The notes under the pieces were generated by a model that was not told where the DNA came from, ran no database searches, and worked only from the letters and a program-made list of their open reading frames with translations. Positions 23,728 through 37,900 of a stretch of DNA of 64,000 nucleotides are shown here, one piece after another (within the stretch, counting starts at the first letter, position 1; each line of letters opens with the position of its first letter). The position numbers and the translations under genes are program-made. The stretch comes from Nemertoderma westbladi (lineage: Eukaryota > Animalia > Xenacoelomorpha), in the NCBI GenBank assembly GCA_032718475.1, contig JAUCBJ010001204.1, forward strand, positions 1-64,000, read 5' to 3'.

Positions 23728-24375
23728 ATTCCGATATTTCAGCCGAATAAATTACCGGTACACGGTCAGACTGTACAGCGGTACAGAATTATAAATAATA
23801 AGGCAATACCGGCTGACCGGTACACGACAAACGGTAGCATGGGTAGGCCTAGCCTACCGCAGTACCGTAACGTAGCCTATTAACAGGCAGACAGGAAAAA
23901 AGTAAACCTACTACAGTAACAGTACTAGTCTGTTCTGTAGTCAGTTCAGCAGTTAGCTGGTTCAGCAGTTCAGTGCAGCAGTGGTTAGTTCAGTAGTTAG
24001 TGTGTATATCAGTACCGCAGTCAGGCAGTATAGTATATGGCTATATATGGTGTGGTACACTGTCAGACTGTACTGCTGTACGGCACTGCGGTAGGTCTAT
24101 ACTGCTATACAGCTATAGGCCTACTGCATACTGCAGTACTGCAAGGACTACTGCTGAAGCAAGGACTGGCATACGGTAAATCCAGACTGCCAGACTTCGC
24201 TAGCGAAGGCCATGTTGTTTTTGTCACCGGTAACCAGTTTGAATGATAAACATACACATTCTGAGGTAAAAAATTATGGTGAATCTATTTCTGGTATTAG
24301 TTTCTCAATTAATGTTGCTTTCATGAATTATTTTCTATATTTTTTGGGTTTATAAATTATGTAGGGTGTCTAGGG

Positions 24376-25519
24376 GGTGTCTATCTACCAACTAGCAAAA
24401 TTGCAAGGTGTGCAAAACTCGGCCGCCCGCCTACTAACTAAGGTTCACAAGTATGACCACATTACGTCGAGTCTCAAAGAATTACATTGGCTAACAATGC
24501 GTAAACGCATTGAGTTTAAATTGCTTCTCCTTGTCCACAAGTCCACCTTAGGTCACGCACCACATTACATATCTGACATGCTTGTCCGGGTCAATCGCAA
24601 TAACAACACTACAAGGAATTGCACTACACTCACTTTCGTTGAGCCGCGATTCAACTGTCAAACCCTAGGGCGCCGGGCATTCCCAGTAGCCGCCCCACGA
24701 CTCTGGAACAAAACTCCCAAAAGATATCCGCTCGATCTCCGACACCACAATTTTTAAACAGCGACTCAAAACACATCTTTTTGAAATTGCATATAATTAA
24801 ACTCCAAAACATGAGAATTCTCTAATTATTTTTTCCAACTCTAGATATCCAATCAACTCTCCAAAAACTGTAAACTTCTTTCAATTTGTTCTTCATACGT
24901 TTTTTAGTGTTTGTGTCCATTTTATTACCCCATTGCTCGTTTTTATTGTTTCAGTACAGTCCGTCCACTAGCTAAGCTATTATACTGTCCTCCTGCCATA
25001 AACTACTTTATGCTAAACAAAGATAATAAATAATCTTTATCTGCCAAGATATTTTCGTCATTACCATAAGTTAATTTAATTTTTTTTTTTCGAAGTTGAT
25101 TATGAGTTACTTACTTACTGGTTCTAATGTTCCTTGGTGTGTTCACTTTATGGCAGCGGTTATGGTCCCCAGACATATTTTTGCTTTAGCAACAGGTCGA
25201 CATTTCGTCTTTTTTGTTTATGCAATTTGTTTTTTGTTTTGTTTATGGAAATAAATATCTTATCTTATCTTATATCTATCTTATCTTATCTTTTTAACTA
25301 TGCTAATTAACCTTTTTATTACGATTTAACTTTTTAACGATTGTAATAACTTTTAGTCATTTTGAACTGCACGTTTTATCGTTAGTGACGACTATAATTT
25401 TTAATTTCTGTACTACTTGCACTGCTAGTTTTAATGTTATATTGCTTGTGACCTTAGCGCCTTAGCGTACTTCTATTGTTGTAAATTTGGCGCTATACAA
25501 ATGCATTATTATTATTATT
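24376..25519 (+). mobile_element. 5'-truncated L2-clade LINE (ORF2 C-terminus plus 3' UTR)
   Basis: KLQGVQNSAARLL...HITSSLKELHWL..RIEFK...GRRAF.VAAPRLWN...FK.RLKTHLF. 3' end tagcgcc...ggcgcta stem followed by an (ATT)n tail. Confidence 0.85.
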
Positions 25520-25532
25520 GTAGTCACTTTCG

Positions 25533-27085
25533 TACGGTGGCTGATTTGGGCCAATTAATTTTATTATTTTCGACTCTCTGAATTCTAAATAATTTAATTT
25601 TTTTTTTCATTTCTGAAAACTCTAAATAATTAAATTACTTTTTTTTCATTTTATCAAACTCTAAATAATTTAATTATTTTATTTTAATTTTATCAAACTC
25701 TAAATAATTTATTTTTTTTTTCATTGCTGAAAACTCTAAATAATTTAATTATTTTTTTTTCATTTTATCAAATTCTAAATAATTTATTTTTTTTACATCA
25801 TCTATTTAAACTAATAATAGTTTTATTATCTTTTATTTTGCTTCTTATTTGTGCAATAATTCAAATCACCATTAGCAAATCACTTTCGTTTACGTGGATT
25901 GGTACCGCGCACAATTACAGTTATTGATGTTGATAAAATGGACGCTGAAACTAAGGATAGTAAATTAACAGAGTATTTTTGGGCAGGTTATAGTAATAGT
26001 GAGATTCGCTCCTTATTGATTAGAGACGGATTTAGCTGCTCCAACAGGTCCGTTAAGAGATTCCTTTCAAACAGACAACTTGTTCGGCATTTCAATCCTG
26101 AAAAATTCGCCTCTATTGTTTCATCTATCATAGCGGAGATCGATAACCAAGGTCTCACATCAGGTATAGGTTACCGACAAATGCAGAAGAGACTCATGAT
26201 GAAGTATAATGTATCTGCCCCGCGTAAATTGATTTCAGATATCTTGCGCATTTTACAACCTGACGCAGTAGAGGATAGAATTTCCGGTAAAGTCTGTCGT
26301 CGCCAAGGGGCCGAATTTTATCCACCATATTGATGGGTGGGACAAACTCAAACCTTTTGGTCTGTCTGTACATGGCAGTATTGATGGATATAGCAGAAAG
26401 ATTTTATGGTTGAAGTGCGACAAAACTAACAATGATCCATTTGTGATTGGAAAGTATTTTTTGGATTCCATTCGATCGCTAGGTGGCGTTCCGCACTGCA
26501 TACGTAGTGATCGTGGTAGGAAAATGTAAACGTGGAATTGCTGCAACAATTTTTTCGAATTTTAGGAGATGATCGTGCTATGAATGGATCTTCCTACCTG
26601 TACGGTAAAAGTACAAGAAACCAACGCATCGAGTCATGGTGGTCAAAGTTCCCATTATTAGGTATGCAGGTGTTTCTGCAGCATTTCATAGAACTCGAAT
26701 CAGGCGGCGTTATTGACACTTCAATCAGTTTTCTTATTGAGGTCATTCGTTTCACATATCTCAATTTTTTGCAGCGCACTCTCGACTCAATTCAATTGAT
26801 GTGGAATTCTCACAAACTTAGAAAATCCGGAATTGTTGCTCCAGGTGGTAAACCTGATATATTGTACTTAAACGAACCGAACTTTTTGCGCTGAGAACTT
26901 GGATCTAATGAGTTTTGCTGGAAAAGCGACTAGAACACGTTATAAAACAATAAACAAAATATGTGAAATCTATCTTAATGAAGATCCTACGATTCAACAT
27001 CCCACAATGGTTCAGTGCAAAATTGTGCTGAAACTTTAGCATACTTGATAGATCGTATTGAATATGATTTAATTACGAACTAAAA
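25533..27085 (+). mobile_element. IS3EU-like DNA transposon remnant (left terminus plus transposase)
   Basis: Begins TACGGTGGCTG (TAYGG terminus typical of IS3EU). Subterminal ~45-bp AT-rich repeats. Right terminus not found. Confidence 0.6.
25938..27083 (+). pseudogene. Frameshifted DDE integrase-core transposase (IS3EU type)
   Basis: Across three frames: GYRQMQKRL; HIDGWDKLKPFGLSVHGSIDGYSRKILWL..TNNDP; IRSDRG; YGKSTRNQRIESWW; WNSHKLR. Frameshifts at ~26310 and ~26520. Confidence 0.85.
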
Positions 27086-27726
27086 CGTGACAACCGGTTG
27101 TTACCACAGTTGTACTGTAACTCAGTGTAAACAGATCCCGCCAATACCCCCTAGCCGCAACATTGTTTACTTCATAACTTTGCCCATATTCATTTATGTT
27201 TCAATTTTACTTACTTTATTTGCATTGCGTACTGTATTACAAATCGTATTGTTTACGATAGATAATATTATATTTGATTATTATAACAGATGGTCCAAAC
27301 ATACAAATGTCAAGTTATTTTTTTTTTCTAATAGCAAACAAACAAATGTATTCGTCAAATGTTCTAACTTTTGATGACTACATTTGTGGGGGGGGGGGGG
27401 GGGGGGGGGTATGGGGGGTGGTGCTGTATTCTTTTGGAGTGAAAAGTTGTAACATTAATTGGGGGCTAAATATTTCTAACAAACAAACAACTGCATAACT
27501 GAATAAAGAAGCACAAACTTAAAAAACAACTGCAACAATATAAACAACATTATATAAACCTGCAATAAAATTCAAAAATTATTTCAAATATTGGCCTTCT
27601 TCAAATGTTTAAAAACTTCAGACAGACGCAGAACAGTTTCCTGATTCGAATGAATATAAAACTCTTTTTAGAAAAATTTGAGAAACTGGGTTTTGTAATG
27701 GAAGAGCCCTAGAACTTTCATTACAG

Positions 27727-27828
27727 CATTATACAGTAGGCCTACATATACATTATACAGTAGGCCTACATATACATTATACAGTAGGCCTACATATACA
27801 TTACCGGTATACAGTAGGCCTACATATA
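27727..27828. repeat. 24-bp tandem repeat x4 (cattatacagtaggcctacatata)
   Basis: The fourth copy carries a CCGGTA insertion. Confidence 0.9.
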
Positions 27829-28998
27829 GTAATATTAATTTCAATTGTCTCCCTAAATGGAAATTGTAATAACTTGAAAACTAAAAAAGCCTTTTGTATA
27901 GCCTTTTGTGAACAATTCAAACCTTCCCGCTATTTTATATCATACCATTTTTATTTGTTAATCAAAATAACTTTGTCAAAAATTAACGCAATTTTTAATC
28001 ATAGCTAAAAATATAACAAATAAAGCAACTATATATATTTTGAAATTTTTATTCAAATCTTTACCTTGGGAGCCCTCTGGTGAAAATGGCTTCATTAAAT
28101 TGTACAATATGATGATGTCGAAGTCTGGTTAAATAACAGGACCTAACGTTTTAACCAATAACTCGAGTTTGAGAAAATATATAATAAAACTGCTTGCAGC
28201 TATATTAAATCTTCATTAATTTCCGCACATGATAGGAGTGTGCTACCGCAACCCCCATCCCCTTAATCTATTTATTAATAAATTTTTTTAAACATTCTTT
28301 ACACCTTTATTCAAAGTAAATTAATAATAAACAACAACAACATATGGCACAATAGAAATATATATGATATATTATTTATATATTACATTATATAATATTT
28401 ATATATTTATAATATATATATATATTTATAAATAATAATTATTTATACTGTAATTCATATTATATTTATATATTAATAATAAAATAACTAATAAATGTCG
28501 TAAGCCTACGTCCCCAGTCAAGATTTAATACCGGGAAAGCCACGTTTATTATGAGCGATCTGTTTTATAAATCTCCCGGTATTCTTCATATTGACCTCCA
28601 CTACATATAAACACCGAGTAGGATCCCTCATCAGGTACCGTTACGTTGTAAACGCTTATCGATGTAACAATTATACAAAAACATCGTCCATACCTAACTG
28701 ACCTACTAGCCGTGCTAATATTTCTCTATTCTAAAAGTTCGCCTTGTCATTAGATAGGCATCGTTGCCCTTAGACCCTTTCTCCAATCGCTATCCCTGAA
28801 ATTATAACTGTGGATACGCAACCAATTTAAAAGTTCGCCTAACCTCATCGAAATCATCCATTGATTTTCAAGGCCTCTCGATTTGGAAACACTGCCACAT
28901 TAATTCAAAATCTCAAAATAAAAAATCCTACCCACAGAGCACATCAACTGCACTTATTATCACTCATTTAAAAACTGCCACGAGTTCTATCTATCGCT

Positions 28999-31900
28999 CT
29001 AAGGAGTAATATCTCGATGTCGTCCCCTTATAACTAAGGAGTAATATCTCGATGTCGTCCCCTTATAACTAAGGAGTAATATCTCGATGTCGTCCCCTTA
29101 TAACTAAGGAGTAATATCTAGATGTCGTCCCCTTATAACTAAGGAGTAATATCTCGATGTCGTCCCCTTATAACTAAGGAGTAATATCTCGATGTCGTCC
29201 CCTTATAAATAAGGAGTAATATCTCGATGTCGTCCCCTTATAACTAAGGAGTAATATCTCGATGTCGTCCCCTTATAACTAAGGAGTAATATCTCGATGT
29301 CGTCCCCTTACAACTAAGGAGTAATATCTCAATGTCGTCCCCTTATAACTAAGGAGTAATATCTCGATGTCGTCCCCTTATAACTAAGGAGTAATATCTC
29401 GATGTCGTCCCCTTACAACTAAGGAGTAATATTTCGATGTCGTCCCCTTATAACTAAGGAGTAATATCTAGATGTCGTCCCCTTATAACTAAGGAGTAAT
29501 ATCTCGATGTCGTCCCCTTATAACTAAGGAGTAATATCTCGATGTCGTCCCCTTATAACTAAGGAGTAATATCTCGATGTCGTCCCCTTATAACTAAGGA
29601 GTAATATCTCGATGTCGTCCCCTTATAACTAAGGAGTAATATCTCGATGTCGTCCCCTTACAACTAAGGAGTAATATCTCGATGTCGTCCCCTTATAACT
29701 AAGGAGTAATATCTCGATGTCGTCCCCTTATAACTAAGGAGTAATATCTCGATGTCGTCCCCTTACAACTAAGGAGTAATATTTCGATGTCGTCCCCTTA
29801 TAACTAAGGAGTAATATCTCGATGTCGTCCCCTTATAACTAAGGAGTAATATCTCGATGTCGTCCCCTTATAACTAAGGAGTAATATCTCGATGTCGTCC
29901 CCTTATAACTAAGGAGTAATATCTCGATGTCGTCCCCTTATAACTAAGGAGTAATATCTCGATGTCGTCCCCTTATAACTAAGGAGTAATATCTCGATGT
30001 CGTCCCCTTACAACTAAGGAGTAATATCTCGATGTCGTCCCCTTACAACTAAGGAGTAATATCTCGATGTCGTCCCCTTACAACTAAGGAGTAATATCTC
30101 GATGTCGTCCCCTTATAACTAAGGAGTAATATCTCGATGTCGTCCCCTTACAACTAAGGAGTAATATCTCGATGTCGTCCCCTTATAACTAAGGAGTAAT
30201 ATCTCGATGTCGTCCCCTTATAACTAAGGAGTAATATCTCGATGTCGTCCCCTTATAACTAAGGAGTAATATCTCGATGTCGTCCCCTTACAACTAAGGA
30301 GTAATATCTCGATGTCGTCCCCTTATAACTAAGGAGTAATATCTCGATGTCGTCCCCTTATAACTAAGGAGTAATATCTCGATGTCGTCCCCTTATAACT
30401 AAGGAGTAATATCTCGATGTCGTCCCCTTATAACTAAGGAGTAATATCTCGATGTCGTCCCCTTACAACTAAGGAGTAATATCTCGATGTCGTCCCCTTA
30501 CAACTAAGGAGTAATATCTCGATGTCGTCCCCTTATAACTAAGGAGTAATATCTCGATGTCGTCCCCTTACAACTAAGGAGTAATATCTCGATGTCGTCC
30601 CCTTATAACTAAGGAGTAATATCTCGATGTCGTCCCCTTATAACTAAGGAGTAATATCTCGATGTCGTCCCCTTATAACTAAGGAGTAATATCTCGATGT
30701 CGTCCCCTTACAACTAAGGAGTAATATCTCGATGTCGTCCCCTTATAACTAAGGAGTAATATCTCGATGTCGTCCCCTTATAACTAAGGAGTAATATCTC
30801 GATGTCGTCCCCTTATAACTAAGGAGTAATATCTCGATGTCGTCCCCTTATAACTAAGGAGTAATATCTCGATGTCGTCCCCTTACAACTAAGGAGTAAT
30901 ATCTCGATGTCGTCCCCTTATAACTAAGGAGTAATATCTCGATGTCGTCCCCTTATAACTAAGGAGTAATATCTCGATGTCGTCCCCTTATAACTAAGGA
31001 GTAATATCTCGATGTCGTCCCCTTACAACTAAGGAGTAATATCTCGATGTCGTCCCCTTATAACTAAGGAGTAATATCTCGATGTCGTCCCCTTACAACT
31101 AAGGAGTAATATCTCGATGTCGTCCCCTTACAACTAAGGAGTAATATCTCGATGTCGTCCCCTTATAACTAAGGAGTAATATCTCGATGTCGTCCCCTTA
31201 CAACTAAGGAGTAATATCTCGATGTCGTCCCCTTATAACTAAGGAGTAATATCTCGATGTCGTCCCCTTATAACTAAGGAGTAATATCTCGATGTCGTCC
31301 CCTTATAACTAAGGAGTAATATCTCGATGTCGTCCCCTTACAACTAAGGAGTAATATCTCGATGTCGTCCCCTTATAACTAAGGAGTAATATCTCGATGT
31401 CGTCCCCTTATAACTAAGGAGTAATATCTCGATGTCGTCCCCTTATAACTAAGGAGTAATATCTCGATGTCGTCCCCTTATAACTAAGGAGTAATATCTC
31501 GATGTCGTCCCCTTACAACTAAGGAGTAATATCTCGATGTCGTCCCCTTATAACTAAGGAGTAATATCTCGATGTCGTCCCCTTATAACTAAGGAGTAAT
31601 ATCTCGATGTCGTCCCCTTATAACTAAGGAGTAATATCTCGATGTCGTCCCCTTACAACTAAGGAGTAATATCTCGATGTCGTCCCCTTATAACTAAGGA
31701 GTAATATCTCGATGTCGTCCCCTTATAACTAAGGAGTAATATCTCGATGTCGTCCCCTTACAACTAAGGAGTAATATCTCGATGTCGTCCCCTTACAACT
31801 AAGGAGTAATATCTCGATGTCGTCCCCTTACAACTAAGGAGTAATATCTCGATGTCGTCCCCTTATAACTAAGGAGTAATATCTCGATGTCGTCCCCTTA

Positions 31901-34900
31901 TAACTAAGGAGTAATATCTCGATGTCGTCCCCTTACAACTAAGGAGTAATATCTCGATGTCGTCCCCTTACAACTAAGGAGTAATATCTCGATGTCGTCC
32001 CCTTATAACTAAGGAGTAATATCTCGATGTCGTCCCCTTATAACTAAGGAGTAATATCTCGATGTCGTCCCCTTACAACTAAGGAGTAATATCTCGATGT
32101 CGTCCCCTTATAACTAAGGAGTAATATCTCGATGTCGTCCCCTTACAACTAAGGAGTAATATCTCGATGTCGTCCCCTTACAACTAAGGAGTAATATCTC
32201 GATGTCGTCCCCTTACAACTAAGGAGTAATATCTCGATGTCGTCCCCTTATAACTAAGGAGTAATATCTCGATGTCGTCCCCTTATAACTAAGGAGTAAT
32301 ATCTCGATGTCGTCCCCTTACAACTAAGGAGTAATATCTCGATGTCGTCCCCTTACAACTAAGGAGTAATATCTCGATGTCGTCCCCTTATAACTAAGGA
32401 GTAATATCTCGATGTCGTCCCCTTATAACTAAGGAGTAATATCTCGATGTCGTCCCCTTACAACTAAGGAGTAATATCTCGATGTCGTCCCCTTATAACT
32501 AAGGAGTAATATCTCGATGTCGTCCCCTTACAACTAAGGAGTAATATCTCGATGTCGTCCCCTTACAACTAAGGAGTAATATCTCGATGTCGTCCCCTTA
32601 TAACTAAGGAGTAATATCTCGATGTCGTCCCCTTACAACTAAGGAGTAATATCTCGATGTCGTCCCCTTATAACTAAGGAGTAATATCTCGATGTCGTCC
32701 CCTTATAACTAAGGAGTAATATCTCGATGTCGTCCCCTTATAACTAAGGAGTAATATCTCGATGTCGTCCCCTTACAACTAAGGAGTAATATCTCGATGT
32801 CGTCCCCTTATAACTAAGGAGTAATATCTCGATGTCGTCCCCTTATAACTAAGGAGTAATATCTCGATGTCGTCCCCTTACAACTAAGGAGTAATATCTC
32901 GATGTCGTCCCCTTACAACTAAGGAGTAATATCTCGATGTCGTCCCCTTACAACTAAGGAGTAATATCTCGATGTCGTCCCCTTATAACTAAGGAGTAAT
33001 ATCTCGATGTCGTCCCCTTACAACTAAGGAGTAATATCTCGATGTCGTCCCCTTATAACTAAGGAGTAATATCTCGATGTCGTCCCCTTATAACTAAGGA
33101 GTAATATCTCGATGTCGTCCCCTTATAACTAAGGAGTAATATCTCGATGTCGTCCCCTTACAACTAAGGAGTAATATCTCGATGTCGTCCCCTTATAACT
33201 AAGGAGTAATATCTCGATGTCGTCCCCTTATAACTAAGGAGTAATATCTCGATGTCGTCCCCTTATAACTAAGGAGTAATATCTCGATGTCGTCCCCTTA
33301 TAACTAAGGAGTAATATCTCGATGTCGTCCCCTTACAACTAAGGAGTAATATCTCGATGTCGTCCCCTTACAACTAAGGAGTAATATCTCGATGTCGTCC
33401 CCTTATAACTAAGGAGTAATATCTCGATGTCGTCCCCTTACAACTAAGGAGTAATATCTCGATGTCGTCCCCTTATAACTAAGGAGTAATATCTCGATGT
33501 CGTCCCCTTATAACTAAGGAGTAATATCTCGATGTCGTCCCCTTATAACTAAGGAGTAATATCTCGATGTCGTCCCCTTACAACTAAGGAGTAATATCTC
33601 GATGTCGTCCCCTTATAACTAAGGAGTAATATCTCGATGTCGTCCCCTTATAACTAAGGAGTAATATCTCGATGTCGTCCCCTTATAACTAAGGAGTAAT
33701 ATCTCGATGTCGTCCCCTTATAACTAAGGAGTAATATCTCGATGTCGTCCCCTTACAACTAAGGAGTAATATCTCGATGTCGTCCCCTTATAACTAAGGA
33801 GTAATATCTCGATGTCGTCCCCTTATAACTAAGGAGTAATATCTCGATGTCGTCCCCTTATAACTAAGGAGTAATATCTCGATGTCGTCCCCTTATAACT
33901 AAGGAGTAATATCTCGATGTCGTCCCCTTATAACTAAGGAGTAATATCTCGATGTCGTCCCCTTACAACTAAGGAGTAATATCTCGATGTCGTCCCCTTA
34001 TAACTAAGGAGTAATATCTCGATGTCGTCCCCTTATAACTAAGGAGTAATATCTCGATGTCGTCCCCTTACAACTAAGGAGTAATATCTCGATGTCGTCC
34101 CCTTATAACTAAGGAGTAATATCTCGATGTCGTCCCCTTATAACTAAGGAGTAATATCTCGATGTCGTCCCCTTATAACTAAGGAGTAATATCTCGATGT
34201 CGTCCCCTTATAACTAAGGAGTAATATCTCGATGTCGTCCCCTTATAACTAAGGAGTAATATCTCGATGTCGTCCCCTTATAACTAAGGAGTAATATCTC
34301 GATGTCGTCCCCTTATAACTAAGGAGTAATATCTCGATGTCGTCCCCTTATAACTAAGGAGTAATATCTCGATGTCGTCCCCTTACAACTAAGGAGTAAT
34401 ATCTCGATGTCGTCCCCTTATAACTAAGGAGTAATATCTCGATGTCGTCCCCTTATAACTAAGGAGTAATATCTCGATGTCGTCCCCTTATAACTAAGGA
34501 GTAATATCTCGATGTCGTCCCCTTATAACTAAGGAGTAATATCTCGATGTCGTCCCCTTATAACTAAGGAGTAATATCTCGATGTCGTCCCCTTATAACT
34601 AAGGAGTAATATCTCGATGTCGTCCCCTTACAACTAAGGAGTAATATCTCGATGTCGTCCCCTTACAACTAAGGAGTAATATCTCGATGTCGTCCCCTTA
34701 TAACTAAGGAGTAATATCTCGATGTCGTCCCCTTATAACTAAGGAGTAATATCTCGATGTCGTCCCCTTACAACTAAGGAGTAATATCTCGATGTCGTCC
34801 CCTTATAACTAAGGAGTAATATCTCGATGTCGTCCCCTTATAACTAAGGAGTAATATCTCGATGTCGTCCCCTTACAACTAAGGAGTAATATCTCGATGT

Positions 34901-37900
34901 CGTCCCCTTACAACTAAGGAGTAATATCTCGATGTCGTCCCCTTATAACTAAGGAGTAATATCTCGATGTCGTCCCCTTATAACTAAGGAGTAATATCTC
35001 GATGTCGTCCCCTTATAACTAAGGAGTAATATCTCGATGTCGTCCCCTTACAACTAAGGAGTAATATCTCGATGTCGTCCCCTTATAACTAAGGAGTAAT
35101 ATCTCGATGTCGTCCCCTTATAACTAAGGAGTAATATCTCGATGTCGTCCCCTTATAACTAAGGAGTAATATCTCGATGTCGTCCCCTTATAACTAAGGA
35201 GTAATATCTCGATGTCGTCCCCTTATAACTAAGGAGTAATATCTCGATGTCGTCCCCTTATAACTAAGGAGTAATATCTCGATGTCGTCCCCTTATAACT
35301 AAGGAGTAATATCTCGATGTCGTCCCCTTATAACTAAGGAGTAATATCTCGATGTCGTCCCCTTACAACTAAGGAGTAATATCTCGATGTCGTCCCCTTA
35401 TAACTAAGGAGTAATATCTCGATGTCGTCCCCTTATAACTAAGGAGTAATATCTCGATGTCGTCCCCTTATAACTAAGGAGTAATATCTCGATGTCGTCC
35501 CCTTATAACTAAGGAGTAATATCTCGATGTCGTCCCCTTATAACTAAGGAGTAATATCTCGATGTCGTCCCCTTATAACTAAGGAGTAATATCTCGATGT
35601 CGTCCCCTTATAACTAAGGAGTAATATCTCGATGTCGTCCCCTTATAACTAAGGAGTAATATCTCGATGTCGTCCCCTTACAACTAAGGAGTAATATCTC
35701 GATGTCGTCCCCTTACAACTAAGGAGTAATATCTCGATGTCGTCCCCTTATAACTAAGGAGTAATATCTCGATGTCGTCCCCTTATAACTAAGGAGTAAT
35801 ATCTCGATGTCGTCCCCTTACAACTAAGGAGTAATATCTCGATGTCGTCCCCTTATAACTAAGGAGTAATATCTCGATGTCGTCCCCTTACAACTAAGGA
35901 GTAATATCTCGATGTCGTCCCCTTACAACTAAGGAGTAATATCTCGATGTCGTCCCCTTATAACTAAGGAGTAATATCTCGATGTCGTCCCCTTATAACT
36001 AAGGAGTAATATCTCGATGTCGTCCCCTTATAACTAAGGAGTAATATCTCGATGTCGTCCCCTTATAACTAAGGAGTAATATCTCGATGTCGTCCCCTTA
36101 CAACTAAGGAGTAATATCTCGATGTCGTCCCCTTATAACTAAGGAGTAATATCTCGATGTCGTCCCCTTATAACTAAGGAGTAATATCTCGATGTCGTCC
36201 CCTTATAACTAAGGAGTAATATCTCGATGTCGTCCCCTTACAACTAAGGAGTAATATCTCGATGTCGTCCCCTTATAACTAAGGAGTAATATCTCGATGT
36301 CGTCCCCTTATAACTAAGGAGTAATATCTCGATGTCGTCCCCTTATAACTAAGGAGTAATATCTCGATGTCGTCCCCTTATAACTAAGGAGTAATATCTC
36401 GATGTCGTCCCCTTACAACTAAGGAGTAATATCTCGATGTCGTCCCCTTATAACTAAGGAGTAATATCTCGATGTCGTCCCCTTATAACTAAGGAGTAAT
36501 ATCTCGATGTCGTCCCCTTATAACTAAGGAGTAATATCTCGATGTCGTCCCCTTATAACTAAGGAGTAATATCTCGATGTCGTCCCCTTATAACTAAGGA
36601 GTAATATCTCGATGTCGTCCCCTTACAACTAAGGAGTAATATCTCGATGTCGTCCCCTTACAACTAAGGAGTAATATCTCGATGTCGTCCCCTTATAACT
36701 AAGGAGTAATATCTCGATGTCGTCCCCTTACAACTAAGGAGTAATATCTCGATGTCGTCCCCTTATAACTAAGGAGTAATATCTCGATGTCGTCCCCTTA
36801 TAACTAAGGAGTAATATCTCGATGTCGTCCCCTTATAACTAAGGAGTAATATCTCGATGTCGTCCCCTTACAACTAAGGAGTAATATCTCGATGTCGTCC
36901 CCTTATAACTAAGGAGTAATATCTCGATGTCGTCCCCTTATAACTAAGGAGTAATATCTCGATGTCGTCCCCTTATAACTAAGGAGTAATATCTCGATGT
37001 CGTCCCCTTATAACTAAGGAGTAATATCTCGATGTCGTCCCCTTACAACTAAGGAGTAATATCTCGATGTCGTCCCCTTATAACTAAGGAGTAATATCTC
37101 GATGTCGTCCCCTTATAACTAAGGAGTAATATCTCGATGTCGTCCCCTTACAACTAAGGAGTAATATCTCGATGTCGTCCCCTTATAACTAAGGAGTAAT
37201 ATCTCGATGTCGTCCCCTTATAACTAAGGAGTAATATCTCGATGTCGTCCCCTTATAACTAAGGAGTAATATCTCGATGTCGTCCCCTTACAACTAAGGA
37301 GTAATATCTCGATGTCGTCCCCTTATAACTAAGGAGTAATATCTCGATGTCGTCCCCTTATAACTAAGGAGTAATATCTCGATGTCGTCCCCTTATAACT
37401 AAGGAGTAATATCTCGATGTCGTCCCCTTATAACTAAGGAGTAATATCTCGATGTCGTCCCCTTACAACTAAGGAGTAATATCTCGATGTCGTCCCCTTA
37501 TAACTAAGGAGTAATATCTCGATGTCGTCCCCTTATAACTAAGGAGTAATATCTCGATGTCGTCCCCTTATAACTAAGGAGTAATATCTCGATGTCGTCC
37601 CCTTACAACTAAGGAGTAATATCTCGATGTCGTCCCCTTATAACTAAGGAGTAATATCTCGATGTCGTCCCCTTACAACTAAGGAGTAATATCTCGATGT
37701 CGTCCCCTTACAACTAAGGAGTAATATCTCGATGTCGTCCCCTTATAACTAAGGAGTAATATCTCGATGTCGTCCCCTTACAACTAAGGAGTAATATCTC
37801 GATGTCGTCCCCTTATAACTAAGGAGTAATATCTCGATGTCGTCCCCTTATAACTAAGGAGTAATATCTCGATGTCGTCCCCTTATAACTAAGGAGTAAT

